A stretch of 64,000 bases of DNA from assembly GCA_900540185.1 (NCBI GenBank), contig UQFH01000002.1:16817-80816 (forward strand), written 5' to 3'. How positions within the stretch are numbered: position 1 is the stretch's first letter; each line of letters starts with the position of its first letter. The notes beneath the pieces are model-generated. The model was not told the origin of the DNA. It worked only from the letters and a program-made list of their open reading frames with translations, and made no database searches. This DNA is from an uncultured Eubacteriales bacterium (GTDB lineage: Bacteria; Bacillota; Clostridia; Tissierellales; Peptoniphilaceae). Below are positions 39,281 through 47,873 of this stretch, piece by piece. Both the position numbers and the translations under genes were made by a program.

Positions 39281-40699
39281 TTGAACTTAAAAGACTATCT
39301 TGGAGAAACAAATCTATATGATAAAAAAGAAAAATTAGAAATAAATAAGCCGAAGTCTTGGTTAAAATCTGTGTCAGCCTTTGCTAATATTAGAGGTGGG
39401 AAGCTAATATTTGGAGTAAAAGAAGATAACACAATTCTTGGACTTAGTGACTATCAAGAAGTTTCTGAAAATATTTCTGAAATCATCAAAACTAAAATGG
39501 ATCCGAATCCGGAATTTGATATGGAAATAAAGGAAATTGATGGAAAAGTTATATTGATTTTAAGTGTATTTGACGGAAAAAACACTCCATACTTTGTAGT
39601 AGATGGTGGAACGAGAACAGCCTACAAAAGAATAGGAAATCAAAGTGTCCCTGCCAATAGAATGGACTTATTTAATTTATCGCTAAAAGGAGAACATATG
39701 AGTTACGATTCTCTTCAGTCAAAGAAAAGATTAGAAGATGTAACTTTTAAAGAGCTTAGCATAGAATATAAAAATAGGACAGAGAAAGAATTTGAAGTTA
39801 AAGATTTGAAATCTTTTGGACTTGTAAATGAGGAGGGAAACCTAACCATAGCAGGAGCTTTATTTGCAGATAACTATCAAGTTTATCAGTCAAGGGTATT
39901 TTGTACTAGATGGAATGGGATTACTAAAGCGAATGGTCGAATAGATGCTTTAGATGATGCTGAATTTGAAGGAAATATAATTTATCTTTTAAAAGCGTCT
40001 TTGGACTTTGTGAAAAGAAATTCAAAAAAGATGTGGAAGAAAGGTCCGGTTTATAGAATAGAATATCCGGAATATCCGGAAAGGGCAGTCCAAGAAGCTA
40101 TAGTAAACGCATTAATCCACAGAGATTATTCTGTGATAGGTAGTGAAGTTCATGTAGATATATATGACGATAGGTTAGAAATATATTCTCCTGGAGGAAT
40201 GTATGACGGAACATTCGTGCAGGATCTCAATCCGTTGAATGTATCTTCCACAAGACGAAATCCAATCATAGCGGATGTATTTGCTAGAATGGATTTAATG
40301 GAAAGACGAGGATCCGGACTCAGAAAAATTATAGAAGCTTATGAAGCTGAAGAAAATTATAAAGAAGAATTAAAGCCGGAGTTTAAGTCGACAGAATCTT
40401 CTTTTATTACGATTCTAAAAAATCTAAATTATGACACCCAAAATGTCACCCAAAATGTCACTCAAAATGTCACCCAAAGTGAGGGACAAAATGACGGTCA
40501 AAAATTAAAGCCAAGTGATAGGCGTTATAAAATTCTTGAAATAATAAAAAATAATCCTAAAATAACTGCCTATGATTTATCTAAACAATTTAATGTAACT
40601 GACAGAACTATAAAAAGAGATTTAAAAATTCTCACAGATGAAAAAACCATCGGGTATATAGGAAGCGCTAAAAATGGATATTGGATAGTAAACGAATAA
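39281..40699 (+). CDS. AlbA_2 (Schlafen-like) / HATPase_c_4 / C-terminal HTH putative DNA-binding ATPase-type regulator
   Basis: TTG start at 39281 with a GGAGAGGAGGG RBS (ORF-track start 39260). Domain order is recognisable by eye. QNVT x3 repeat in the linker. Confidence 0.8.
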   Translation: MNLKDYLGETNLYDKKEKLEINKPKSWLKSVSAFANIRGGKLIFGVKEDNTILGLSDYQEVSENISEIIKTKMDPNPEFDMEIKEIDGKVILILSVFDGKNTPYFVVDGGTRTAYKRIGNQSVPANRMDLFNLSLKGEHMSYDSLQSKKRLEDVTFKELSIEYKNRTEKEFEVKDLKSFGLVNEEGNLTIAGALFADNYQVYQSRVFCTRWNGITKANGRIDALDDAEFEGNIIYLLKASLDFVKRNSKKMWKKGPVYRIEYPEYPERAVQEAIVNALIHRDYSVIGSEVHVDIYDDRLEIYSPGGMYDGTFVQDLNPLNVSSTRRNPIIADVFARMDLMERRGSGLRKIIEAYEAEENYKEELKPEFKSTESSFITILKNLNYDTQNVTQNVTQNVTQSEGQNDGQKLKPSDRRYKILEIIKNNPKITAYDLSKQFNVTDRTIKRDLKILTDEKTIGYIGSAKNGYWIVNE

Positions 40700-40764
40700 A
40701 GTTAATAAGAAAATCGACTTGTCGCATGAAAAACAAAATAGTCGGATAAAAGTAATGAACTCAT

Positions 40765-40883
40765 TCTCGACAGTCCACATTTTATAGTCACGACAACAAA
40801 CGGTGTGATTACATTTGTTGCGCTTGTTGTGTAGTAGATTTTTAAAATTATTGCACGCATATCGCGTGCAATTTTTTTATATT
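40765..40883 (+). repeat. right copy of the ~117-bp direct repeat
   Basis: Duplicates the serpin 3' end (with a premature TAG) and the terminator hairpin. Confidence 0.9.
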
Positions 40884-41053
40884 TTTTGGAAAGGAAATTT
40901 TAATTTTATCTTAATCTTTTTCTATTGACAAAGTCTTCTTAAGTATATATAATATTTATTGAGAATCAAGGGGCGAACCCCTTGACTTTTTGGTGTTTAT
41001 TATTGTATAATAAACTATATCTCAGATTTATAAAAGCTTGGGAGGTGAAGCGA

Positions 41054-41203
41054 ATGAGAGATAGTATCACCTTAGAATGCACTGAGTGCAAACAAAGAAA
41101 TTATGTGACAGACAAGAACAAGAAAAACACTACTGACAGAGTCGAACTCAAGAAGTATTGCAAGTTCTGTAAAAAGCACACAGTACACAAGGAAACAAAA
41201 TAG
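41054..41203 (+). CDS. rpmG: 50S ribosomal protein L33
   Basis: [17 protein letters not shown]...; GGGAGGTG RBS. Confidence 0.9.
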   Translation: MRDSITLECTECKQRNYVTDKNKKNTTDRVELKKYCKFCKKHTVHKETK

Positions 41204-41217
41204 GAAAGGAAGAGAGC

Positions 41218-41427
41218 ATGGCTACAGAAACAAAAGTTGAGAAAAAGGGCAAATTGGCAACTTACATCAACGGCGTTAAAGTTGAAAGTAAGAAAGTTGT
41301 TTGGCCTTCATTCAAAACGGTAACGAACTATACCGCAGTGGTTATCGCAGTTAGTATCCTTATCAGTCTCATTATTTACGGACTCGATTTAGGTATTGGT
41401 TATCTTTATTCACTAATTTTAAAGTAA
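41218..41427 (+). CDS. secE: preprotein translocase subunit SecE
   Basis: 69 aa with a single C-terminal TM helix, between rpmG and nusG. Confidence 0.9.
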   Translation: MATETKVEKKGKLATYINGVKVESKKVVWPSFKTVTNYTAVVIAVSILISLIIYGLDLGIGYLYSLILK

Positions 41428-41428
41428 A

Positions 41429-41962
41429 ATGACCGACGACAGAAAAAAAGATGCCAAGTGGTATGTGGTTCACACATACAGCGGCCACGAAAACAAAGTC
41501 AAAGCAACCTTGGAAAAGATGGTTGAAAACAGGGGACATATTGACGATATTTATGATATTGTCGTGCCGATGGAAAACTACTACGACAAGGACAATCCGG
41601 GAAAGGTTAAACAAAGAAAGAGTTATCCGGGTTATGTTCTTATAAATATGGTGGTTGATGACGATTCATGGTATTTGGTCAGAAACACGAGAGGGGTTAC
41701 AGGTTTTGTTGGTCCCGGTGGAAAGCCGGTCGCACTGACGGACAGAGAGCTCAAAGGTCTCGGAATGGTTGATCAAATTGAAAAGAAGCCGGTTGATGTC
41801 AAAGCAGGAGATAGAGTTTTGATTATGAGCGGCGCTATGCGTGATCAAGTGGCAACAGTCCAATCTGTTGATGAAAAGACTAGAAGATTAACTGTATTTG
41901 TTGAAATGTTCGGAAGACAAACAGTCACCGAACTCGATTTCGATCAAATAGAAAAGATTTAA
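41429..41962 (+). CDS. nusG: transcription termination/antitermination factor NusG
   Basis: 177 aa with NGN plus KOW domains. Confidence 0.95.
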   Translation: MTDDRKKDAKWYVVHTYSGHENKVKATLEKMVENRGHIDDIYDIVVPMENYYDKDNPGKVKQRKSYPGYVLINMVVDDDSWYLVRNTRGVTGFVGPGGKPVALTDRELKGLGMVDQIEKKPVDVKAGDRVLIMSGAMRDQVATVQSVDEKTRRLTVFVEMFGRQTVTELDFDQIEKI

Positions 41963-42022
41963 TTTAATGAAGAGGTGGAAGAAGCGCTCCCTTCGTACCA
42001 CGATATATTTAAGGAGGAAATT

Positions 42023-42448
42023 ATGGCAAAAAAAGTTCAAGCAATTGTAAAGTTGCAAATCCCTGCAGGAAAGGCTACTCCTGCACCACCGGTCGGTACC
42101 GCTCTCGGACCTCACGGTGTTAATATTGTTCAATTTACAAAAGAATTTAACGCTAAAACAGCTGATAAGGCAGGACTTATTATTCCGGTTGTTTTAACGG
42201 TATATCAAGATAGGTCGTTTACCTTTATTACAAAGACTCCGCCGGCTGCTGTTTTAATTAAAAAAGCTTTAAAACTTGATTCAGCATCAGGAGAACCAAA
42301 CAAGAAAAAAGTTGGTAAGTTAACTAAGGCTCAATTAAAAGAAATAGCAGAAACAAAGATGCCGGACTTAAATGCAGCAGATATTGAAGCTGCAATGAGA
42401 CTCGTTGCAGGTACTGCTAGAAGCATGGGCGTAGAAGTAGAAAAGTAA
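42023..42448 (+). CDS. rplK: 50S ribosomal protein L11
   Basis: [25 protein letters not shown]...; AAGGAGG RBS. The ORF-track start at 41975 is too far upstream. Confidence 0.95.
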   Translation: MAKKVQAIVKLQIPAGKATPAPPVGTALGPHGVNIVQFTKEFNAKTADKAGLIIPVVLTVYQDRSFTFITKTPPAAVLIKKALKLDSASGEPNKKKVGKLTKAQLKEIAETKMPDLNAADIEAAMRLVAGTARSMGVEVEK

Positions 42449-42485
42449 GTGGGAGAATTTTTCGTATAACCACAAGGAGGTAAAT

Positions 42486-43184
42486 ATGGCTAGAAGAGGC
42501 AAAAAATACCGTGAAGCGGTAAAAACTTATGATAGACAAGAGCTGTTCGATATGGAACCGGCTATAGATAAATGTTTGGAACTTGCAAAGGCAAATTTCG
42601 ACGAAACAATCGAACTCCACGTAAGACTTGGAGTTGACTCAAGACACGCAGACCAACAAGTTCGTGGTGCAATTGTATTGCCGCACGGAACAGGTAAAGA
42701 AGTAAGAGTGCTTGTAATTGCAAAGGGCGACAAAGAAAAAGAAGCTCGTGAAGCAGGCGCAGATTTCGTCGGTGCTGAAGATATGATCGAAAAGATTCAA
42801 AAGGAAAACTGGTTTGATTTCGATACACTTATTGCAACACCGGACATGATGGGTCTTGTAGGTCGTCTCGGTAAGGTTTTGGGACCTAAGGGACTCATGC
42901 CGAACCCTAAGAGTGGAACAGTTACAATGGAAGTTGAAAAAGCTGTTAAAGAAATTAAAGCTGGTAAAGTTGAATACAGACTTGACAAAGCAAATATCAT
43001 TCACACAGTGATTGGAAAGAAGAGCTTCGGCAAGCAAAAATTGGCTGAAAACATGCAAGCTCTCATGAGCGCAATTGTTAAAGCTAAACCGGCTGCAGCA
43101 AAGGGTAAATATTTAAAAAATGTTACTCTTACATCAACAATGGGTCCTGGAATCAAATTGAATCCGGCAAAATTTGGTGAATAG
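42486..43184 (+). CDS. rplA: 50S ribosomal protein L1
   Basis: 232 aa canonical L1. Confidence 0.95.
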   Translation: MARRGKKYREAVKTYDRQELFDMEPAIDKCLELAKANFDETIELHVRLGVDSRHADQQVRGAIVLPHGTGKEVRVLVIAKGDKEKEAREAGADFVGAEDMIEKIQKENWFDFDTLIATPDMMGLVGRLGKVLGPKGLMPNPKSGTVTMEVEKAVKEIKAGKVEYRLDKANIIHTVIGKKSFGKQKLAENMQALMSAIVKAKPAAAKGKYLKNVTLTSTMGPGIKLNPAKFGE

Positions 43185-43193
43185 ATTTTAAAG

Positions 43194-43232
43194 GGTTTTG
43201 GGAATTTTTTCCCGAGACCCTATTTTTTTAAG
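43194..43232 (+). terminator. terminator after rplA
   Basis: GGGTTTTGGGAATTTTTTCCCGAGACCC nested hairpin followed by TATTTTTTT. Confidence 0.55.
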
Positions 43233-43240
43233 GAGTTTTT

Positions 43241-44152
43241 ATGAATTGCAATATATGTCCGAAAAAATGTAATGTGGATAGAAAGACGACTCTCGGCTTT
43301 TGCAGAGCTCCGTATGATTATGCAGTTTCAAAGGCGATGCTTCACATGTGGGAAGAGCCGGCGATTTCCGGAGAAAATGGCTCGGGAACTATATTTTTTG
43401 CAGGCTGCAATATGAAATGCGTTTTTTGTCAAAATTTTGAAATCAGTCAGCTGCGTGAAAAAAACTACATAACGATGGACGATGAAAAACTCTCCGACGT
43501 GATGATTTCACTTATGGAAAAAAATGCGAACAATATAAATCTCGTGAGCCCGATGCACTATGCCGACCGACTTCCGCTAGCGATAAAGCTTGCAAAAGAA
43601 AAGGGGCTCGACATTCCGGTCGTTTATAACACAAATTCATACGAACTTGTGGAAACGCTTTCGATGCTTGACGGGCTTGTCGACGTTTATCTTGCGGATT
43701 TTAAATATGTTAGCGCCGAGCTTTCAAAAAAATATTCCGGCACGAAAGATTATTTCGAATATGCGGACAAGGCGGTCCGGGAAATGTTTAGGCAAGTCGG
43801 CGAGACGGTTTATGATGAGAACGGGCTCATAAAAAAAGGAGTCATTGTAAGGATTCTTCTTTTGCCGGGGCATGTCCTCGACGCAAAGGCTGTTTTTAAA
43901 AAGCTTTTTAATGAATACAAAAACAAAATCGCATACAGCCTCATGAATCAGTATTGTCCGTTTTTCGGCGCAAAGAATTTTCCGGAGATAAATCGAGACG
44001 TGACCGCAAAAGAGTACAACCGATTTGTAAACTATGCGCTCGATATGGGTTTTACAAACGGATTTATTCAAGGTGAGAAAATGCGTGAAAACGGAAAGAA
44101 AAGCATTTACACTCCGGATTTTGACTTGGGCGGACTTGACACCGGAAAATAA
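43241..44152 (+). CDS. radical SAM protein (PflA-like activase family)
   Basis: CNMKCVFCQN cluster (CxxxCxxC). Confidence 0.75.
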   Translation: MNCNICPKKCNVDRKTTLGFCRAPYDYAVSKAMLHMWEEPAISGENGSGTIFFAGCNMKCVFCQNFEISQLREKNYITMDDEKLSDVMISLMEKNANNINLVSPMHYADRLPLAIKLAKEKGLDIPVVYNTNSYELVETLSMLDGLVDVYLADFKYVSAELSKKYSGTKDYFEYADKAVREMFRQVGETVYDENGLIKKGVIVRILLLPGHVLDAKAVFKKLFNEYKNKIAYSLMNQYCPFFGAKNFPEINRDVTAKEYNRFVNYALDMGFTNGFIQGEKMRENGKKSIYTPDFDLGGLDTGK

Positions 44153-44214
44153 TTTAAGTATAATAGAGATAGTTTAATAGGGAATGAAGTTTCCCGTTAA
44201 TTGCAACTGCTGAT

Positions 44215-44253
44215 GACTTCTACAAATTTTTGTAGGGGGAGTCGGCTTTTTTT
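44215..44253 (+). terminator. hairpin plus T-run between the radical SAM gene and the antiporter
   Basis: GACTTCTACAAA-TTTTT-GTAGGGGGAGTC followed by GGCTTTTTTT. The T-run ends 3 nt before the GGAGG RBS of the antiporter. Confidence 0.45.
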
Positions 44254-44264
44254 ATGGAGGCATT

Positions 44265-45440
44265 ATGTTATTAAGTTTATCGATTATCTTTATTTTTGGA
44301 ATCATCATGAGCTATCTGTGCGGAAAAGTGAAACTTCCGGCGCTCTTCGGAATGATTCTTTTGGGAATTTTAATTGGACCGAGTGTTTTAAATTTGCTCG
44401 ACGAAAAAACACTTTTGATTTCAGGGGAGCTTCGAAAAATCGCACTCATAATAATACTCACTCGTGCAGGACTCGGGCTCAATCTCGAAGATTTAAAGAG
44501 AGCGGGACTAAGCGCAATTTTACTCTGCTTCGTGCCGGCGGTTTTTGAAGTGATAGGAATTGTTTTGATTGCACCGAGAATTTTTCCGATTACAACAAAG
44601 GAAGCATTTTTGATTGGAAGCGTTCTTGCAGCGGTGTCACCGGCGGTCGTTGTGCCGAAGATGATCGAGCTTATGGACAAGGGCTACGGCACCGACAAAT
44701 CGATTCCGCAAATGATACTTGCGGCGTCGAGTGTCGACGACGTGTTTGTAATTGTAATGTTTTCGGTTGCGCTCTCGATTGAAAAGGGCGGCGCTGTGAA
44801 CTATATGTCATTTTTAAACATACCGCTCTCGATTGCGCTCGGAATAATTCTCGGGATTCTTGCAGGTTTTATATACACGCTCATATTTAAAAAAGCAAAG
44901 ACAAATATGGTCATAAAATTGTTGGTGCTCATGAGCTTGTCTTTTTTGATGGTAACTTTGGAAGACGCAAAACTCTTTCCGATTTCGGGACTCATTGCGG
45001 TTATGGTGAGCGGAATGACCGTAGGATATTTTGAGCCGACTCTCGCCGAAAAACTCTCGGAAAAATACTCGGGGCTTTGGATCGCTGCACAAATCTTGCT
45101 TTTTGTTTTGGTCGGCTCCATCATCGACATAAAATATGCGACGAGCTACGGTGCATTGACTCTTCTTGTAGTTTTGGGCGGACTTCTATTTAGAGCGGTC
45201 GGGGTCTGCGTCTCAACATTAAAAAGTGAACTCGACAGAAAAGAAAAACTTTTCGCGGCGATTGCATATATGCCGAAAGCGACTGTACAAGCGGCAATCG
45301 GTGGCATCCCTCTTCAAGCGGGGCTTGAGTGCGGAAACCTTGTTCTTACAACTGCGGTCATTGCAATACTTTTTACCGCACCAGTCGGAGCGTTTTTGAT
45401 TGACATGACACATAAAAAGCTTCTTTCAAAAAGTAAGTAA
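44265..45440 (+). CDS. cation:proton antiporter (CPA family Na+/H+ exchanger)
   Basis: 391 aa with about 11-12 TM segments and CPA-typical motifs. Confidence 0.85.
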   Translation: MLLSLSIIFIFGIIMSYLCGKVKLPALFGMILLGILIGPSVLNLLDEKTLLISGELRKIALIIILTRAGLGLNLEDLKRAGLSAILLCFVPAVFEVIGIVLIAPRIFPITTKEAFLIGSVLAAVSPAVVVPKMIELMDKGYGTDKSIPQMILAASSVDDVFVIVMFSVALSIEKGGAVNYMSFLNIPLSIALGIILGILAGFIYTLIFKKAKTNMVIKLLVLMSLSFLMVTLEDAKLFPISGLIAVMVSGMTVGYFEPTLAEKLSEKYSGLWIAAQILLFVLVGSIIDIKYATSYGALTLLVVLGGLLFRAVGVCVSTLKSELDRKEKLFAAIAYMPKATVQAAIGGIPLQAGLECGNLVLTTAVIAILFTAPVGAFLIDMTHKKLLSKSK

Positions 45441-45502
45441 TAAGCGGATTTATGGGTATAAGTATGAATAGCAGATTTATATTTTAAAGGCGGGAGTTTC
45501 AG

Positions 45503-46030
45503 TTGGATATTAAAATTGAAAAACTTAAACAACAAATGAATGAAGAAGTGAGAGAACTCTATTTCGACACGGAGGATAATTTTTTTGAGAAACATTTTAA
45601 ATTTATCACGAATAAATTTAAAAATGCAAAGGAAAAAGCGCTTGAGGAAGTTCTTGATGAAGCATTTATATCAAAGGATGAATCATACGAAGAAAATCTT
45701 TTGAAAACAGTTGCAAACCTAAGTGTGAGTCTTGAATTTAAATATAAATTCATAAGAGTAGGGTCAGTCGTAGGACCGATGATGAGAATGCTCCTTCCGA
45801 TACTTCTCTCGTTCGGGGCACTTCTTCTTACGATAAATTCAATCGAAGATATAAATATAAAATATCTTTTTGGAATGTCCATTCCGACATTTTTAACCTA
45901 CTTTATGTCAATCGCAGTGATTGGCGTTGCGGTCGGAGTTTTTTATACGAAAATGCGGAACAAAAGAAAATTTGCGATATATATTAGGGAAAGATTGAAA
46001 TGCGAGATGATTAAAAACAAGGAAGTGTAA
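45503..46030 (+). CDS. hypothetical protein with two C-terminal TM helices
   Basis: 175-aa ORF with coding-like composition. No recognisable family. Confidence 0.5.
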   Translation: MDIKIEKLKQQMNEEVRELYFDTEDNFFEKHFKFITNKFKNAKEKALEEVLDEAFISKDESYEENLLKTVANLSVSLEFKYKFIRVGSVVGPMMRMLLPILLSFGALLLTINSIEDINIKYLFGMSIPTFLTYFMSIAVIGVAVGVFYTKMRNKRKFAIYIRERLKCEMIKNKEV

Positions 46031-46034
46031 TAGG

Positions 46035-46580
46035 GGCATTTGCGGTCTAATTTGCAAATTATAAATTGTATAACGTTGCACGTCGTCCGTAACGGCGACC
46101 GGGTTTTCGACGTACGAAATAGAAATCTATCATTTCGTAATTGAGTGCAGAGAAAAGTGTATTGCCGTAAAAGAAGGGAATATTGGGATAAGATTTTGGT
46201 GAGATATTGTATTGACACAGCGTTGTTGGTGGTGATACATATTCCAAAAACTCAAAAATTGGCGGCGCAACGTAGTGCGCCGTTACGTTCTGGGAAACTC
46301 ACAATGATGTGTGAATTAATATATTGTAAAAATTTTATAAGGATTAAATATTACAATGTGTGTTTGAATATATTAATGTGTTCTGTTTATGTATAAAATG
46401 ACAAAATTTGTAGCGGCGGCTACGTCCCGATGCATGAGATATGGATAAACACACGTGTATAAACAATATAAAATAGATTCAAATAAACGCTGTCCGTAGC
46501 GGCGACCGGGTTTTTTATCCATCGAGCAGAAATCTATGATTTCGTCGTGAGATGAGATAAAAAGGCGTATCGCCGCCAAG
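46035..46580. repeat. intergenic repeat cluster E (R1 head, R2b, R4 lacking the inner piece, R3, R2a)
   Basis: R2b at 46078-46170, R4 at 46255-46320, R3 at 46400-46485 and R2a at 46488-46580. Confidence 0.85.
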
Positions 46581-46792
46581 AGGGGAAATACATAATACAT
46601 AGAATAAAATTTAAAACACGTAATGGTGGGTGGGGTTGAATATGGAATTGTGGTTTTCGATTCGATATTTTATATACACAACGTTGTTGGTGGTATTCTT
46701 AAGAAAATTTATATATTATTTAAATTAAATTACATATTGACTTTAACTTTATTAAAGAGTATACTTAACATAATTAAAGTAGGAGGAGCAAG

Positions 46793-47092
46793 ATGACAAT
46801 TAAAATAGTTCCGGACTGGATGGAAAGCATGGATGATGAGGATGTTCAATTCATAAAACGATTTATTTTAGCTTCCGGCTCATTGAAAGATGTGGCAAAT
46901 CAATATGAGGTCACATATCCGACGATACGATTGAAGCTGGATCGACTTATTCAAAAGATAGAAATTAATGATGAAACGCAAAAAGAGCCTTATATTTCAC
47001 TTATAAAAAGACTTGCGGTGGATGAGAAAATAGATTTTGAGACTGCTAAAATATTAGTTTCGGAGTACCGAAGGATTAAAGGAGGGGTTTAG
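46793..47092 (+). CDS. DUF2089-like HTH protein (lacks the zinc-ribbon half)
   Basis: FIKRFILASGSLKDVANQYEVTYPTIRLKLDRL resembles the DUF2089 C-terminal HTH. Confidence 0.5.
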   Translation: MTIKIVPDWMESMDDEDVQFIKRFILASGSLKDVANQYEVTYPTIRLKLDRLIQKIEINDETQKEPYISLIKRLAVDEKIDFETAKILVSEYRRIKGGV

Positions 47093-47093
47093 A

Positions 47094-47414
47094 ATGGAAA
47101 ATACTCTTATTATTATTTTATTGTTTTTTATAGTTGTTGCGGGAGCGATTGCGCTTCAAGTGTTTCTGTCCAAGAAACAAAACAAGTTCATTGGATTGAT
47201 TTTGCCTACAATCGCTCTTTTGTTTTCATTGATTATGGTTTTAAATGTTGTGTTTGAGGAAACGATGACAAATTGGCAGGTTTTCTTCACTCTCTTTTCA
47301 ACATTTTTTATAGGGAATATACCTACAATTATTTTACTCGCGATATATTTTGGAATCAGAGAAAAATTGAAAATTGAATCAGAGCTCGACAAAACTAGAA
47401 TTAAGGATTTGTAA
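47094..47414 (+). CDS. small 3-TM membrane protein
   Basis: 106 aa, hydrophobic. Starts 1 nt after the upstream stop, so translationally coupled. Confidence 0.45.
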   Translation: MENTLIIILLFFIVVAGAIALQVFLSKKQNKFIGLILPTIALLFSLIMVLNVVFEETMTNWQVFFTLFSTFFIGNIPTIILLAIYFGIREKLKIESELDKTRIKDL

Positions 47415-47754
47415 CCAATAGCATCCGTTTTACGGGTGTTTTTTATTTGCTTACAAAAACCGAACCATATTAAAAAAATATTTATTTTAAAAATCATAAA
47501 AAAATTTTACTTTGGATTTTTCTAAACTAATTTTATTTGTGTTTTTCACGGAGAGATTTTATTTTTTATCACAAAGAATATCGTGGTAAATTGACAAAAC
47601 GTTTTATTAAGTTACAAAAAGTTAAAGAAAAATATGACACAAATCACACAACATTAGAAAAAAACCGATTATTTAAATATTTTCTATTAAAAAACCCTAT
47701 TTGTATATAATTATAATTATATACGAAAATAATTAAAAATTATATGAAAAAGAC

Positions 47755-47783
47755 TTGACATTTATGAAGAAAAATACTAGAAT
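47755..47783 (+). promoter_or_regulatory. sigma-A promoter of the C1 peptidase gene
   Basis: TTGACA, 17 nt, TAGAAT. Confidence 0.55.
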
Positions 47784-47873
47784 AGGAACAGTGGTATAAA
47801 TTTTTAGAGTGTATCACTATATCAAATTAAGGGGCAAGGTGGCATTGCCCCTAAAAATCTATAAGGAGGATTT

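Noticed and set aside
41963-42022. Possible L1-binding autoregulatory leader upstream of rplK (GAAGAAGCGCTCCCTTC stem).
   Set aside because: Only a short imperfect stem is visible. This cannot be distinguished from chance without a covariance-model search.
44153-44264. Possible riboswitch in the antiporter leader.
   Set aside because: The leader is only about 110 nt. Its single hairpin plus T-run is adequately explained as the terminator of the upstream radical SAM gene. No recognisable riboswitch aptamer features by eye. Kept only as a low-interest note.
44201-44548. 115-aa ORF overlapping the antiporter start.
   Set aside because: Alternative frame of a well-supported membrane-protein gene, with odd composition and no RBS.
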